Source: Eledone cirrhosa (taxonomy: Eukaryota). From it: 64,000 bases of DNA. Each line of letters begins with the position of its first letter. Within the stretch, counting starts at the first letter, position 1. The position numbers were made by a program, and so were the translations under genes. Below are positions 13,662-26,731 of the stretch, one piece after another. The notes under the pieces were generated by a model, which was not told where the DNA came from, did no database searches, and saw only the letters and a list, made by a program, of their open reading frames with translations. The DNA lies in NCBI GenBank assembly GCA_964016885.1, contig OZ024766.1, positions 11,036,001 through 11,100,000 of the forward strand, given 5' to 3'.

Positions 13662-14001
13662 AGGCACATGGCTTAGTGGTTAGAGGTTAGAGCATTGGCC
13701 TTGCAATCGAAAGGTTGTGAGTTCAATTCTCAGACCGGGTGATGTGTTGTTTCCTTGAGCAAGACACTTTATTTCACATTGCTCCAGTTTACTCAGCTGT
13801 AGAAATGAGATGATAGGGACTGGGGTCCCTATCATTCCACTGCAAAGTGGTCGTGGAGGTGCCTCGGCAAAAAAGCACCCAGCACTCACTGTAAATGAGG
13901 TTGGGGTTAGGAAGGGCATCCAGCTGTAGAAATCAAGCCAGAATCAGTTCCCGTCTCACCCTTGCAAGCAGGGAAGAAGCGGACGTAAAATGAAATGATG
14001 A
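13662..14001 (+). mobile_element. tRNA-headed CORE-type SINE with RTE-derived tail (family A)
   Basis: A box TGGCTTAGTGG, B box GAGTTCAATTC, CORE-like ccttgagcaagacacttt...ctcagctgtagaaatgag, and 3' end shared with the RTE fragments. Confidence 0.85.
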
Positions 14002-14004
14002 TAT

Positions 14005-14265
14005 AATCATCATCATCATCATCATCAACGTTTAACGTCCGTGTTCCACGCTTGCATGGGTTTGGACGGGGGTAGTCCCACGTGAGGCAAGAATGATTGT
14101 CTTGCTCGCATAGGACTGTCTGGCGGGTTTTCTACAGTTGGATGCCCTTCCTAACACCAACCACATTTACAGTGTGGGGCTGGGAGGTTTTTACCGTGTT
14201 GCCTACACGGCCACATTACAGCGTGGACTGTGTGTTTTTTTGTCGTGACACCTACACGATCTCAT
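14005..14265 (-). mobile_element. Non-autonomous RTE-related element (no tRNA head)
   Basis: gttggtgttaggaagggcatcc motif and ccatgcaagcgtggaacacggacgttaaac(gat)n tail; near-identical copy at 27760. Confidence 0.7.
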
Positions 14266-14283
14266 TATATATATATATATATA

Positions 14284-15745
14284 TAATATATTTAGAAACA
14301 CACAGATACATGCGGACACACACATATATACATGAATGCATCCGCACCCAACTGTGAGTTAAGGGTGCCAACTTCACCGATGTTGCTCAATGAATGACCG
14401 GGACAGACCAATTCAGTTGAACTAGACTGAACCAGTATCAGAGTTAAAATACATTATGAAGAGAGAAGAAACATTTAGATATAATTAGTAATAAAATGTA
14501 TCATACCTAAACTGCTCCTAAATTCCTCGACTACGTAGTTTCGTGGCATAAACAAAAACAATATATCATAAAGACATAGAGTCCTTGCGAGGTCTGCCGA
14601 CTTATCAAGAGGATACCTCATTTTACTAGTCTCAAGAACGCGTCTACACGACGTGAGAAAGAATCCCAAAAGGCGGAGGGGGAGATAGTCACACGATATA
14701 ACGGTCGAGAAACAGAGCTAAGCCTCTTATAACCCCGAAGAAAATACCACGGAGGCGGAGGGGGTATTTATATCGAGGCCGCAGAAGAGGTGGTGAAGAA
14801 GGCGAGAAGTATGAGTAAAGGAAGCTTTCCAGCTGTCCCCACACTTCAAAGATTGCTCGACCAGAGGGAGTTATTAACAATATATTTAGAAACACACAGA
14901 TACATGCGGACACACACATATATACATGAATGCATCCGCACCCAACTGTGAGTTAAGGGTGCCAACTTCACCGATGTTGCTCAATGAATGACCGGGACAG
15001 ACCAATTCAGTTGAACTAGACTGAACCAGTATCAGAGTTAAAATACATTATGAAGAGAGAAGAAACATTTAGATATAAATTTAGGAGCAGTTTAGGTATG
15101 ATACATTTTATTACTAATTATATCTAAATGTTTCTTCTCTCTTCATAATGTATTTTAACTCTGATACTGGTTCAGTCTAGTTCAACTGAATTGGTCTGTC
15201 CCGGTCATTCATTGAGCAACATCGGTGAAGTTGGCACCCTTAACTCACAGTTGGGTGCGGATGCATTCATGTATATATGAGTGTGTCCGCATGTATCTGT
15301 GTGTTTCTAAATATATTGTTAATAACTCCCTCTGGTCGAGCAATCTTTGAAGTGTGGGGACAGCTGGAAAGCTTCCATTACTCATACTTCTCGCCTTCTT
15401 CACCACCTCTTCTGCGGCCTCGATATAAATACCCCCTCCGCCTCCGTGGTATTTTCTTCGGGGTTATAAGAGGCTTAGCTCTGTTTCTCGACCGTTATAT
15501 CGCGTGACTATCTCCCCCTCCGCCTTTTGGGATTCTTTCTCACGTCGTGTAGACGCGTTCTTGAGACTAGTAAAATGAGGTATCCTCTTGATAAGTCGGC
15601 AGACCTCGCAAGGACTCTATGTCTTTATGATATATTGTTTTTGTTTATGCCACGAAACTACGTAGTCGAGGAATTTAGGAGCAGTTTAGGTATGATACAT
15701 TTTATTACTAATTATATCTAAATGTTTCTTCTCTCTTCATAATGT
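14284..15745. mobile_element. Inverted pair of >1 tandem 594-nt hammerhead-containing units (retrozyme/Penelope-LTR-like)
   Basis: 594-nt periodicity in both arms (14285/14879; 15078/15672); arms are reverse complements; (TA)n flanks. Confidence 0.75.
15583..15672 (+). ncRNA. Type I hammerhead ribozyme motif with U3:A8 core (mirror 14524-14613, minus)
   Basis: Helix I TCCTC/GAGGA, core TTGATAA, helix II GT(c)GGCA/TGCCAC, GAAA, palindromic CTACGTAG, GTC cleavage (after 15667). Confidence 0.72.
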
Positions 15746-15773
15746 ATATATATATATATATATATATATCCAG

Positions 15774-15816
<43 letters not shown>

Positions 15817-15834
15817 CACCTGGATATATATATA

Positions 15835-16175
15835 TATACAAAGATATTAAATAAATGGAAACTATATTTATAAAACCATATTTATTCTATTATATATATT
15901 TCAAGGGTACCAAAAATTTTGGTACGCTATCATCAGATAAAATATGAAGTGTGTTTTATAAATATATGTCATAACCAAGGATAATATACCTTAACGGTTC
16001 AAGTTATCCCCGGATAATATTTTATCTGATGATAAAATACTTCATATTTTATGATAAAATACTTCGTATTTTATCTGATGATATCATACCAAAATTTTTG
16101 GTACCCTTGAAATATATATAATAGAATAAATATGGTTTTATAAATATAGTTTCCATTTATTTAATATCTTTGTAT
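15835..16175. repeat. Foldback inverted repeat carrying a hammerhead in each arm, tail to ~16268
   Basis: tacaaagatattaaataaatggaaac... / ...gtttccatttatttaatatctttgta. Confidence 0.85.
16068..16127 (+). ncRNA. Type I hammerhead motif (mirror 15884-15943, minus)
   Basis: ATTTTAT/ATAGAAT helix I, CTGATGA, TACC/GGTA stem, GAAA, TATATA, TA cleavage; homologous copy at 53501. Confidence 0.68.
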
Positions 16176-16271
16176 ATTATACTCCAGAAAACTTGTTGAG
16201 TGCTCTGAATCAGTTATAAACATTTATATTTGTTGAATTACCAACAAATTGAATATCCCTTCTGCTTATAT

Positions 16272-16614
16272 CATTTTCATCACTTCATTTCATTTTTACG
16301 TCCACTTTTCCCTGCTTGCAAGGATGGGACGGGAACTGATTCTGGCTTGATTTCTACAGCTGGATGCCCTTCCTAACACCAACCTCATTTACAGTGAGTG
16401 CTGAGTGCTTTTTTACCGTGGCACCTCCACGACCACTTTGCAGTGGAATGATAGGGACCCCAGTCCCTATCATCTCATTTCTACAGCTGAGTAAACTGAA
16501 GCAACGTGAAATAAAGTGTCTTGCTCAAAGAAACAACGCATCACCCGGTCTGAGAATTGAACTCACAACCTTTTGATTGCAAGGCCAATGCTCTAACCAC
16601 TAAGCCATGTGCCT
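16272..16614 (-). mobile_element. SINE family A copy
   Basis: Reverse complement of 13662-14001. Confidence 0.85.
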
Positions 16615-16740
16615 CTATATATATATGATTTGAGAAACAACACCAAACTTCAGTATTGAGCATGTAAAAGAATCGAAATAACGGAAGTAAGATGTATTCC
16701 ATCATTATGTGTTTCTGTTTTTTTTTCTGTTCAAATTCTA

Positions 16741-16799
16741 GCTGTCTGATGAGGTGATAGCTGTTGCATAATGGTTATTACTGAAATATATATAACTGC
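16741..16799 (+). ncRNA. Type I hammerhead motif
   Basis: GCTGT/ACTGC helix I (one mismatch), CTGATGA, GGTGATAGCT/GGTTATTACT helix II with G-U pairs, GAAA TATATA TA. Confidence 0.62.
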
Positions 16800-17364
16800 G
16801 GTGCGGTGCGGTGTGGTTTAGTGTAGTGTGGTGTAGTGTAGTATAGTGTAGTGTGGTGTAGTGTGGTTTAGTGTAGTGTAGTGTGGTGTTGTGTAGTGTG
16901 GTGTGTTATGGTGTGATGTGGTGTAGTGTAGTGTAGTTTAGTATCGTGTTGTGTGGTGTAGTGTGGTTTAGTGTGGAGTGGTGTAGTGTGTTGTGGAGTA
17001 GTGTGGTGCAGTGGAGTATGGTGTAATATGTTGTCGAGTGGTGTAGAGCAGTGTGGTGTAGTGTGGTTTAGTCTGGTGTGGTGTAATGTGTTGTGGAGTG
17101 GTGTAGTGTGGTGGAGTATGGAGTGGTGTAGAGCAGTGTAGTGTAGTGTGGTTTAGTGTGGTGTGGTGTAATGTGTTGTGGAGTGGTGTAGTGTGGTGTG
17201 GTGGAGTATGTAGTGGTGTGGTGTGGTGTAATATGTTGTGGAGTGGTGTAGTGTGGTATTGTATAGAGTGGTGTGGTAACATGTTTATCAAAACCCTTAA
17301 TGGAGAGAGAGTAAAAAAAGAAAGAGAAAGAGAGAGACAGAAAGAGGGTGGGAGGATAATGAAA

Positions 17365-17399
<35 letters not shown>

Positions 17400-17660
17400 G
17401 AGAGAGAGAGAAGAAAAAGAGGATACAGACTAGGGAGGGGCTAGGTAGCCAGCTATATATATATATTGGGGGGTGGGGGTCTGGGTATATGGGTATATAT
17501 TTGGGGTGGTATATATACATATATATATATACATATATATATATACATATATATATACATACTTTAATAAATACATATATATATATATATAAAAACATAC
17601 ATATTTATAGACATATAAACATACATATTTATATATATATATATATATGATGATGATGAT

Positions 17661-17691
<31 letters not shown>

Positions 17692-17698
17692 ATTTATA

Positions 17699-17739
<41 letters not shown>

Positions 17740-18076
17740 TAATCATGTTTTTTTCACTATTTTATTTTGAAAAAACACCCCAGCAACTTCAAAGCAAATT
17801 TATTAAAACTTAAATATGCCTATATGAACATGTGTGTGTATATATATATATATACATGCATGTGTATATATATATACATGTGTGTATATGTGTTTACATG
17901 TGTGTGTACGTATATATACGTGTGTATAAATATATGTATATATATATATATATACATATATGAAAATATATGAACATGAGTGTGTGTGTGTGTATATATA
18001 TATGTGTTTTTATTTGTACATATATATACATATATATATATGTGTGTGTGTGTATATAATTGTGTGTGTTTCAGTT

Positions 18077-18111
<35 letters not shown>

Positions 18112-18134
18112 TTATATGTATATATGTGTGTGTG

Positions 18135-18181
<47 letters not shown>

Positions 18182-18355
18182 ATAGTTGTGTGTGTTTCAG
18201 TTTGTATATATATATATATATATGTATTTATATGTATATATGTGTGTGTACATGTACATATATATATATATATATATGTGTGTATGTATATAAAAGGTAA
18301 ACAGAAATACATATATATAAGTATGATGATGTTTGTATATATATATCAAAGAAAG

Positions 18356-18418
<63 letters not shown>

Positions 18419-18704
18419 TTTTATAAACAGACAATAACTTAATTACTATGCATATATAAATGCTTGTGAACATATATATGTGCATGTATATATATGTATA
18501 TATATATATATACATGTATATATATCTATATGCCCATGCTATAAACATACAATTACAATATAATTACTGTGCATATAGAAATATTTGGGAACATTATATA
18601 AATATATATGTGTGTATATATATATATACACACATATATATGAGTTTGTTTATTTTTTTTATGCGCCTGCATACACAGAATCATATATATACACACATAT
18701 ATAT

Positions 18705-18737
<33 letters not shown>

Positions 18738-19251
18738 CATATATACACACACACACACACATATATATATATACATATATATAAATACATACACACACAC
18801 ACATATATACACACACACACACATATATATATATACATATATATAAATACATACACACATATATATAAATACACACACACACACACATATATATATACAT
18901 AAATACACACACACACATACATTTATATACACACACACACATATATATATATACATATAAATACATACACACACATATATATATAAAAATATGAGTGTGT
19001 ATTTTTTTATGCGCATGCATACACAGAATCATATATATACACATATATATATATACACACACACATATATATATACATATATACACACACACACACACAT
19101 ATATATATACATATATACACACACACACATATATATATATATACATATATATAAATACATACACACACACATATATATATATACATATATACACACACAC
19201 ACACACACATATATATATATGCATATATATAAATACATACACACACACACA

Positions 19252-19294
<43 letters not shown>

Positions 19295-19440
19295 GCATAT
19301 ATATAAATACATACACACACACACATATATATATGCATATATATAACTATATACACACACACACATATATATATATACATATATATAAATACATAAACAC
19401 ACACACATATATATAAAAATATGAGTCTGTGTACTTTTTT

Positions 19441-19520
<80 letters not shown>

Positions 19521-19590
19521 TATATATACACATATATGTAGGTTTTTTATGTGCCAGTACACACAGAATCATATATATATATATATATAT

Positions 19591-19635
<45 letters not shown>

Positions 19636-20896
19636 TATATATATACACATATATATACATATATATATATATATATACATGGTAATTTCAAAGCCCACAA
19701 CAGACCATATGGTGCGTTAAATTAAGTTTAATAAAATATCAACATCGAGAATGGACATATTACAGTGGGGAGAGGAGGGTAGTAGTAGGGGGAGGTGGTT
19801 ATAGTACTGTACTAGGGTGGGGGTATATGTTGTTAGATAGAGAGGGGGTGGGAATATGGTGGGTGAAATATAGAGAGAGGGGGAGGAAAGTGGTGGTGGT
19901 GGTGGTGAAAAGATAGAGAGACGGGGGGAGGAAAGTGGTGGTGGTGGTGAAAAGATAGAGGGGGGAGTGGTGGTGGTGGTGAAAATATAGGGGGGGGGGT
20001 GAAAAGATAGAGAGGGGGGAGGAAAGTGGTGGTGGTGGTGGTGAAAAGATAGAGAGGGGGGAGGAAAGTGGTGGGAGAAGGGGCACAATAGTACTGTAGC
20101 TGGGGGGGGGCTTGATTATGGTGGTGGTGGTGCTGATGATGATGATGATGTTTGAGGGTTTGGGCTCCCACCTCGCCGCCTGCCCATTATACACACAGAC
20201 AGACACACAGACACACACACACACACAGACACACACACACAAACAGACAGATACACACACACACATATATATAACTTGAGTCCCTGCCTAACCTCACCTC
20301 ACCCCATTAAACATGTGCATACACACACATACACACACTCACACGCACACAGACACACATACATGCATACACACAGACAGACATACAGAGATATACACAC
20401 ACACGGACACAGACACACACATACATGCATACACAGACACACATCCACACACAAACACATACATACACACACACACATGCATACACAGACACACACCCAC
20501 ACACAGATACACACAGAGACACAGACACACACACACACAGAGACACAGACATGCATACAGACACACATACACATACAGACACACACATACACATACACAC
20601 ACACACACATACACACGCACAGACACACACACAGAGACACACACACACATACATGCATACACAGACACACTCACAGACACACACATACACATACAGACAC
20701 ACACATACACATACAGACACACACACATGCATACACAGACACACACACACACACAAACAGACACACACACATACACACACTCACAGACACAGACACACAG
20801 GCACACACACACACACATTCATACACACAGACACACATACACACACACACATACAGACACACATACATGCATACACACACACACACCACTACGTAC

Positions 20897-21112
20897 CTTA
20901 CAAAGGTGACCCGCCTCGTAGAAGGCCTTATCAGCTGGCACGATGTCGGTGTGTCGCAAAAGTGACACCGACAGTTTGGCGGCGACACCCTTCAGAGACG
21001 CATCGGTGTAAACGGCTGCCCGTGTGGCGTAGTAGTGGCTGGTCAGCAGGTAGGTGAAGTACTCTTGTCTGGTGGTGTCGTTACTGTCGTGGTTCTGGCT
21101 TAACTCAGAGTA
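20897..21112 (-). CDS. IFT172: IFT172 exon: [72 protein letters not shown]
   Basis: TTGCAG acceptor, GTACGT donor, 216 nt phase 0/0. Matches 'LLIAHYYATRSAA...[26 protein letters not shown]'. Confidence 0.92.
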
Positions 21113-23750
21113 CTGCAATAGAGAGAGTGATTAGTGGTGGTCTGGTGCGGTGTGGTGGTGCGGTGTGGTGCGGTGGTGTTGTGTGTGGTGGTGGTGCGGT
21201 GTGGTGGTGTTGTGTGTGGTGTGGTGTGGTGTGGTGTGGTGGTGTCGTTACTGTCGTGGTTCTGGCTTAACTCAGAGTACTGCAATAGAGAGAGTGATTA
21301 GTGGTGGTCTGGTGTGGTGGTGGTGCGGTGTGGTGCGGTGGTGTTGTGTGGTGCGGTGTGGTGGTGTTGTGTGTGGTGCGGTGCGGTGGTGTCGGTACTG
21401 TCGTGGTTCTGGCTTAACTCAGAGTACTGCAATAGAGAGAGTGATGAGTGGTGGTCTGGTGTGGTGTGGTGTGGTGTGGGTGCGGTGTGGTGTGGTGGCG
21501 GTGGTGGTGTGGTGGTGTGGTGTGGTGTGGTGGTGTTGTGTGTGGTGTGGTGTGGTGTGGTGTGGTGTGGTGGTGTTGTGTGTGGTGTGGTGTGGTGTGG
21601 TGGTGTTGTGTGTGGTGTGGTGTGTTGTGGTGGTGTTGTGTGTGGTGTGGTGTGGTGTGGTGGTGGTATGTGTGGTGTGGTGTGGTGGTGTTGTGTGTGG
21701 TGTGGTGGTGTTGTGTGTGGTGTGGTGTGGTGGTGTTGTGTGTGGTGTGGTGTGGTGTGGTGGTGTTGTGTGTGGTGTGGGGCGGTGTGGTGGTGTTGTG
21801 TGTGGTGCGGTGTGGTGTGGTGTGGTGGTGGTATGTGTGGTGTGGTGTGGTGTGGTGGTGTTGTGTGTGGTGTGGTGTGGTGTGGTGTGGTGGTGTCGTT
21901 ACTGTCGTGGTTCTGGCTTAACTCAGAGTACTGCAATAGAGAGAGTGATTAGTGGTGGTCTGGTGTGGTGGTGGTGCGGTGTGGTGCGGTGGTGTTGTGT
22001 GGTGCGGTGTGGTGGTGTTGTGTGTGGTTGTGGTGGTGTTGTGTGTGGTGTTGTGTGTGGTGCGGTGTGGTGTGGTGTTGTATGGTGTGGTGGTGTTGTG
22101 TGGTGTGGTGGTGTTGTGTGTGGTGCGGTGTGGTGTTGTGTGTGGTGTGGTGGTGGTATGTGTGGTGTGGGGTGGTGCGGTGGTGTTGTGTGTGGTGTGG
22201 TGGTGTTGTGTGTGGGGCGGTGTGGTGTGGTGGTGGTGCGGTGTGGTGTGGTGGTGTTGTGCGGTGTGGTGGTGTTGTGTGTGGTGTGGTGTGGTGTGGT
22301 GTGGTGTGGTGGTGTTGTGCGGTGTGGTGGTGTTGTGTGTGGTGTGGTGTGGTGTGGTGTGGTGTGTGTGGTGTGGTGTGGTGGTGTTGTGCGGTGTGGT
22401 GGTGTTGTGTGTGGTGTGGTGTGGTGTGGTGTGGTGTGTGTGGTGTGGTGTGGTGGTGTTGTGTGTGGTGTGGGGCGGTGTGGTGTGGTGGTGGTGCGGT
22501 GTGGTGTGGTGGTGTTGTGCGGTGTGGTGGTGTTGTGTGTGGTGTGGTGTGGTGTGGTGTTGTGTGTGGTGCGGTGTGGTGTGGTGGTGTTGTGTGTGGT
22601 GTGGTGTGGTGGTGTTGTGTGTGGTGGTGTGGTGTGGTGGTGTGGTGTGGTGGCAGTGGTGTTGTGGTGTGGTGGTGGTGCAGTGTGGTGTGGTGTGGTG
22701 TGTGTGGTGTGGTGTGGTGTGGTGATGTCGTTACTGTCGTGGTTCTGGCTTAACTCAGAGTACTGCAATAGAGAGAGTGATTAGTGGTGGTCTGGTGTGG
22801 TGGTGGTGCGGTGTGGTGTGGTGGTGTTGTGTGTGGTGTGGGGCGGTGTGGTGTGGTGGTGGTGCGGTGTGGTGTGGTGGTGTTGTGTGGTGTGGTGGTG
22901 TTGTGTGTGGTGTGGTCTGGTGGTGGTTGTGTGTGGTGCGGTGTGGTGTGGTGTGGTGGTGTTGTGTGTGGTGCGGTGTGGTGTGGTGTGGTGTGTGTGG
23001 TGTGGTGTGGTGTGGTGGTGTTGTGTGTGGTGTGGTGGTGTTGTGTGTGGTATGGTGTGGTGTTGTGTGTGGTGTGGTGGTGTGGTGTGGTGGTGTTGTG
23101 TGTGGTGTGGTGTGGTGTGGTGGTGTTGTGTGTGGTGTGGTGTGGTGTTGTGTGTGGTGGTGTGGTGTGGTGGTGTTGTGTGTGGTGTGGTGTGGTGTTG
23201 TGTGTGGTGTGGTGGTGTGGTGTGGTGGTGTTGTGTGTGGTGTGGTGTGGCGTTGTGTGTGGTGTGGTGGTGTGGTGTGGTGGTGTTGTGTGTGGTGCGG
23301 TGTGGTGGTGTCGTTACTGTCGTGGTTCTGGCTTAACTCAGAGTACTGCAATAGAGAGAGTGATTAGTGGTGGTCTGGTGTGGTGTTGTGTGCGGTGTGG
23401 TGTGGTGTTGTGTGTGGTGTGGAGCGGTGTGGTGGTGTGGTGTGGTTGTGGTGTGGTGTGGTGTTGTGTGTGGTGTGGTGGTGGTATGTGTGGTGTGGGG
23501 CGGTGTGGTGGTGTGGTGTGATGGTGGTTGTGGTGTGGTGCGGTGGTGTTATGTGTGGTGCGGTGCGGTGGTGTTGTGTGTGGTTGCGGTGCGGTGGTGT
23601 GGTGTGATGGTGGTTGCGGCGCGGTGGTGTTGTGTGTGGTGTGGTGGTGTGGTGTGGTGTGGTGTAGTGGTGGTGTGGTGTGGTGTTATGTGGTGGTGGT
23701 ATGGTGTGGTGAGGTGTGGTGTGGTAGCAATTCAGAGTACTGCATGGAGA
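21113..23750. repeat. GTG-rich array punctuated by copies of the IFT172 intron/exon junction
   Basis: ~70-nt unit gtcgttactgtcgtggttctggcttaactcagagtactgcaatagagagagtgattagtggtggtctgg recurs among (GTG/GTGTG)n. Confidence 0.9.
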
Positions 23751-23759
23751 GAAGGATAT

Positions 23760-24850
23760 ATCATCATCATCATCATTTTACGTCCGCTTTTCCCTGCTTG
23801 CAAGGGTGGGACGGGTCCTATTCAGCACAGCATCTCTCCACTTGTGATGGTCCTTCGTCATCTCCACCATGAGCTTCAGCGATCTGAGGTCTTCTCTCAC
23901 CACCTCCACCCATGTTTTTTCGTGGTCTTCCTCTACTGCGTCTTCCTTCCACTGGGATTTCTTGGCACATCTTTACCCAGCGGTCATCCTCCATGCACAT
24001 CACATGTCCATACCATCTCAGACTTCTCTCCTGCACACCACAACTTATCCCTCTTATACCCAGTTTCTCTCTCTCACCACCTCCGTCCATGTTTTTTCGT
24101 GGTCTTCCTCTACTGCGTCTTCCTTCCACTGTGATTTCCTGGCACTTCTTCACCAAGCGGTCATCCTCCGTGTACATCACATGTCCATACCATTACAGTC
24201 TTCTCTCCCGTACACTACATTCCATCCCTCTCAGACACAGTTTCTCTCTCAACACATCCATGCTGGGTCGTTCACGCACATTGACACTGCACATCCAACG
24301 GAGCATGCTTGCTTCATTTCTCTCCAGCCGTCGCATATCCTCTGCAGTTGCTGCCCATGTCTCAATACCATGCAGCATCACGCATCTCACACAGGCATTA
24401 TATAACCAGCCTTTCGTACACAAGGAGAAACCCTTCTTTGTCAACAGAGGGAGCAGGTCCCTAAACTTCTTCTAACCCGTCCTTATTCTGGATACTATGG
24501 CCTCGGAGCAGCCTCCTCCCTTGCTAATCTGATCACCTAGGTACTGGAAACTATCAACCATGCAGCATCACGCATCTCACACAGGCATCATACAACTGAC
24601 CTTTCATTTGTGCACCATCACGCATCTCACACAGACATCATATAACCAGCCTTTCGTACACAGGGAGAAACCCTTCTTTGTCAACAGAGGAAGCAGGTCC
24701 CTAAACTTCTTCTAACCCGTCCTTATTCTAGATACTATGGCCTCGGAGCAGCCTCCTCCCTTGCTAATCTGATCACCTAGGTACTGGAAACTATCAACCA
24801 TGCAGCATCACGCATCTCACACAGGCATCATACAACTGACCTTTCATTCG
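23760..24850 (-). mobile_element. RTE-like LINE 3' fragment with internal tandem duplications
   Basis: ERNEASMLRWMC...RRL, RGRPRK peptides; tail cccacccttgcaagcagggaaaagcggacgtaaaatgatg; 240-bp duplication near 24330-24850. Confidence 0.82.
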
Positions 24851-24884
24851 TAGAAATATAAAATGTATATATATATATATTTAC

Positions 24885-24995
24885 CAAGCTGTACATCATA
24901 TTTCTGAGAGATGCCCACACTTTATAGGCCTTCGTGTTATTCAGGCCAGGCATGGAAACTATATCGGTCAAGATTCTCTTGTATATGTTGAAGTT
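24885..24995 (-). CDS. IFT172: IFT172 exon: [37 protein letters not shown]
   Basis: TGCAG acceptor, GTAAA donor, 111 nt phase 0/0. Matches '[17 protein letters not shown]...WADLR'. Confidence 0.93.
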
Positions 24996-25031
24996 CTGCA
25001 AGGGTATAGAATAGAAATAGTTATAGACATA

Positions 25032-25064
<33 letters not shown>

Positions 25065-25068
<4 letters not shown>

Positions 25069-26280
25069 GGTTATGTAAATGTTATGTGAGGTAAAGCCTT
25101 TACTGTGAAAATACAATAGTATATATAGAGTAATGTAAATGTTATGTGAGATATTATGTGAGGTAAAGTCTTTACTGTGAAAATACAATAGTATATATAG
25201 AGTAATGTAAATGTTATGTGAGATATTATGTGAGGTAAATCCTTTACTGTGACAATACAATAGTATATATAGAGTAATGTAGATGTTATGTGAGGTAAAG
25301 CCTTTACTGTGACAATACAATAGTATATATAGAGTAATGTAAATGTTATGTAAGGTATTATGTGAGGTAAAGCCTTTACTGTGACAATACAATAGTATAT
25401 ATATAGTAATGTAAATGTTATGTGAGATATTATGTGAGGTAAAGCCTTTACTGTGACAATACAATAGTATATATAGAGTAATGTAAATGGTATGTGAGGT
25501 ATTATGTGAGGTAAAGCCTTTACTGTGAAAATACAATAGTATATATAGAGTAATGTAAATGTTATGTGAGATATTATGTGAGGTAAAGCCTTTACTGTGA
25601 CAATACAATAGTATATATAGAGTAATGTAAATGTTATGTGAGGTATTATGTGAGGTAAAGCCTTTACTGTGAAAATACAATAGTATATGTAGAGTAATGT
25701 AAATGTTATGTGAGGTATTATGTGAGGTAAAGTCTTTACTGTGAAAATACAATAGTATATATAGAGTAATGTAAATGTTATGTGAGCTATTATGTGAGGT
25801 AAAGCCTTTACTGTGACAATACAATAGTATATATAGAGTAATGTAAATGTTATGTGAGATATTATGTGAGGTAAAGCCTTTACTGTGAAAATACAATAGT
25901 ATATATAGAGTAATGTAAATGTTATGTGAGGTATTATGTGAGGTAAAGTCTTTACTGTGAAAATACAATAGTATATATAGAGTAATGTAAATGTTATGTG
26001 AGCTATTATGTGAGGTAAAGCCTTTACTGTGACAATACAATAGTATATATAGAGTAATGTAAATGTTATGTGAGATATTATGTGAGGTAAAGCCTTTACT
26101 GTGAAAATACAATAGTATATATAGAGTAATGTAAATGTTATGTGAGGTATTATGTGAGGTAAAGTCTTTACTGTGAAAATACAATAGTATATATAGAGTA
26201 ATGTAAATGTTATGTGAGATATTATGTGAGGTAAAGCCTTTACTGTGAAAATACAATAGTATATATAGAGTAATGTAAAT
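25065..26280. repeat. 72-bp (and 60-bp) AT-rich minisatellite
   Basis: gttatgtgagatattatgtgaggtaaagcctttactgtgaaaatacaatagtatatatagagtaatgtaaat. Confidence 0.93.
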
Positions 26281-26420
26281 GGTAAAGGGTTATAGAAGCA
26301 ACAGGACAAATGATATATAAACCCAAAACCATTCACAAACACAACTATATATGATTAGCCAACAAAATTTGATTGGGGTTTTTTACAAAGGAAAAAAAAA
26401 CAACAGAGGTGACCCATTAC

Positions 26421-26537
26421 CTGTTGGCTAGCTGGAGCCCCATACATTGTATATAGTTCAAGGGCCTGGATACTTTGGCCTTCATTGATGAGGTGGGCAG
26501 CATTAATGGCGACATATTTCTGTAAGACTTTATGGCC
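26421..26537 (-). CDS. IFT172: IFT172 exon: [39 protein letters not shown]
   Basis: TAG acceptor, GTAAT donor, 117 nt phase 0/0. Matches 'KILHKYVALYATHLIREG...ALALYVQHGAPANPQ'. Confidence 0.92.
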
Positions 26538-26731
26538 CTAAAATTGAGAAAAAGGAAAAATATAGACTTTTCAAAGCAGATCTCTCTATATATATATATC
26601 ATCATCATCATCATCGTTTAACGTCCATATTCCACGCTTGCATGGGTTTGGACGGGAGTTTTCCCATTATATATATATATCCAAACAATATCCCTAAATA
26701 ACATTAAAAAACCACAAACCCTTTATCTTAC

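Noticed and set aside
13662-13740. tRNA gene
   Set aside because: It is the tRNA-like head of a SINE with CORE body and LINE tail, not a complete cloverleaf.
13680-13919. Recurrent 79-aa ORF MPFLTPTSF... in five places
   Set aside because: Antisense reading of SINE family A; conservation reflects young SINE copies.
21061-23380. Constant ~70-nt repeat with variable spacers resembling a CRISPR array
   Set aside because: Spacers are GTG microsatellite of very unequal length, the repeat is an IFT172 intron/exon junction, the context is eukaryotic and there are no cas genes.
17430-23700. Many long ORFs ([17 protein letters not shown])
   Set aside because: Translations of stop-poor microsatellites; the same applies to 10261-13027, 54330-55346 and 60337-62566.
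25033-26342. 407- and 423-aa repetitive ORFs
   Set aside because: Open frames of a 72/60-bp minisatellite lying within an IFT172 intron bounded by valid splice sites.
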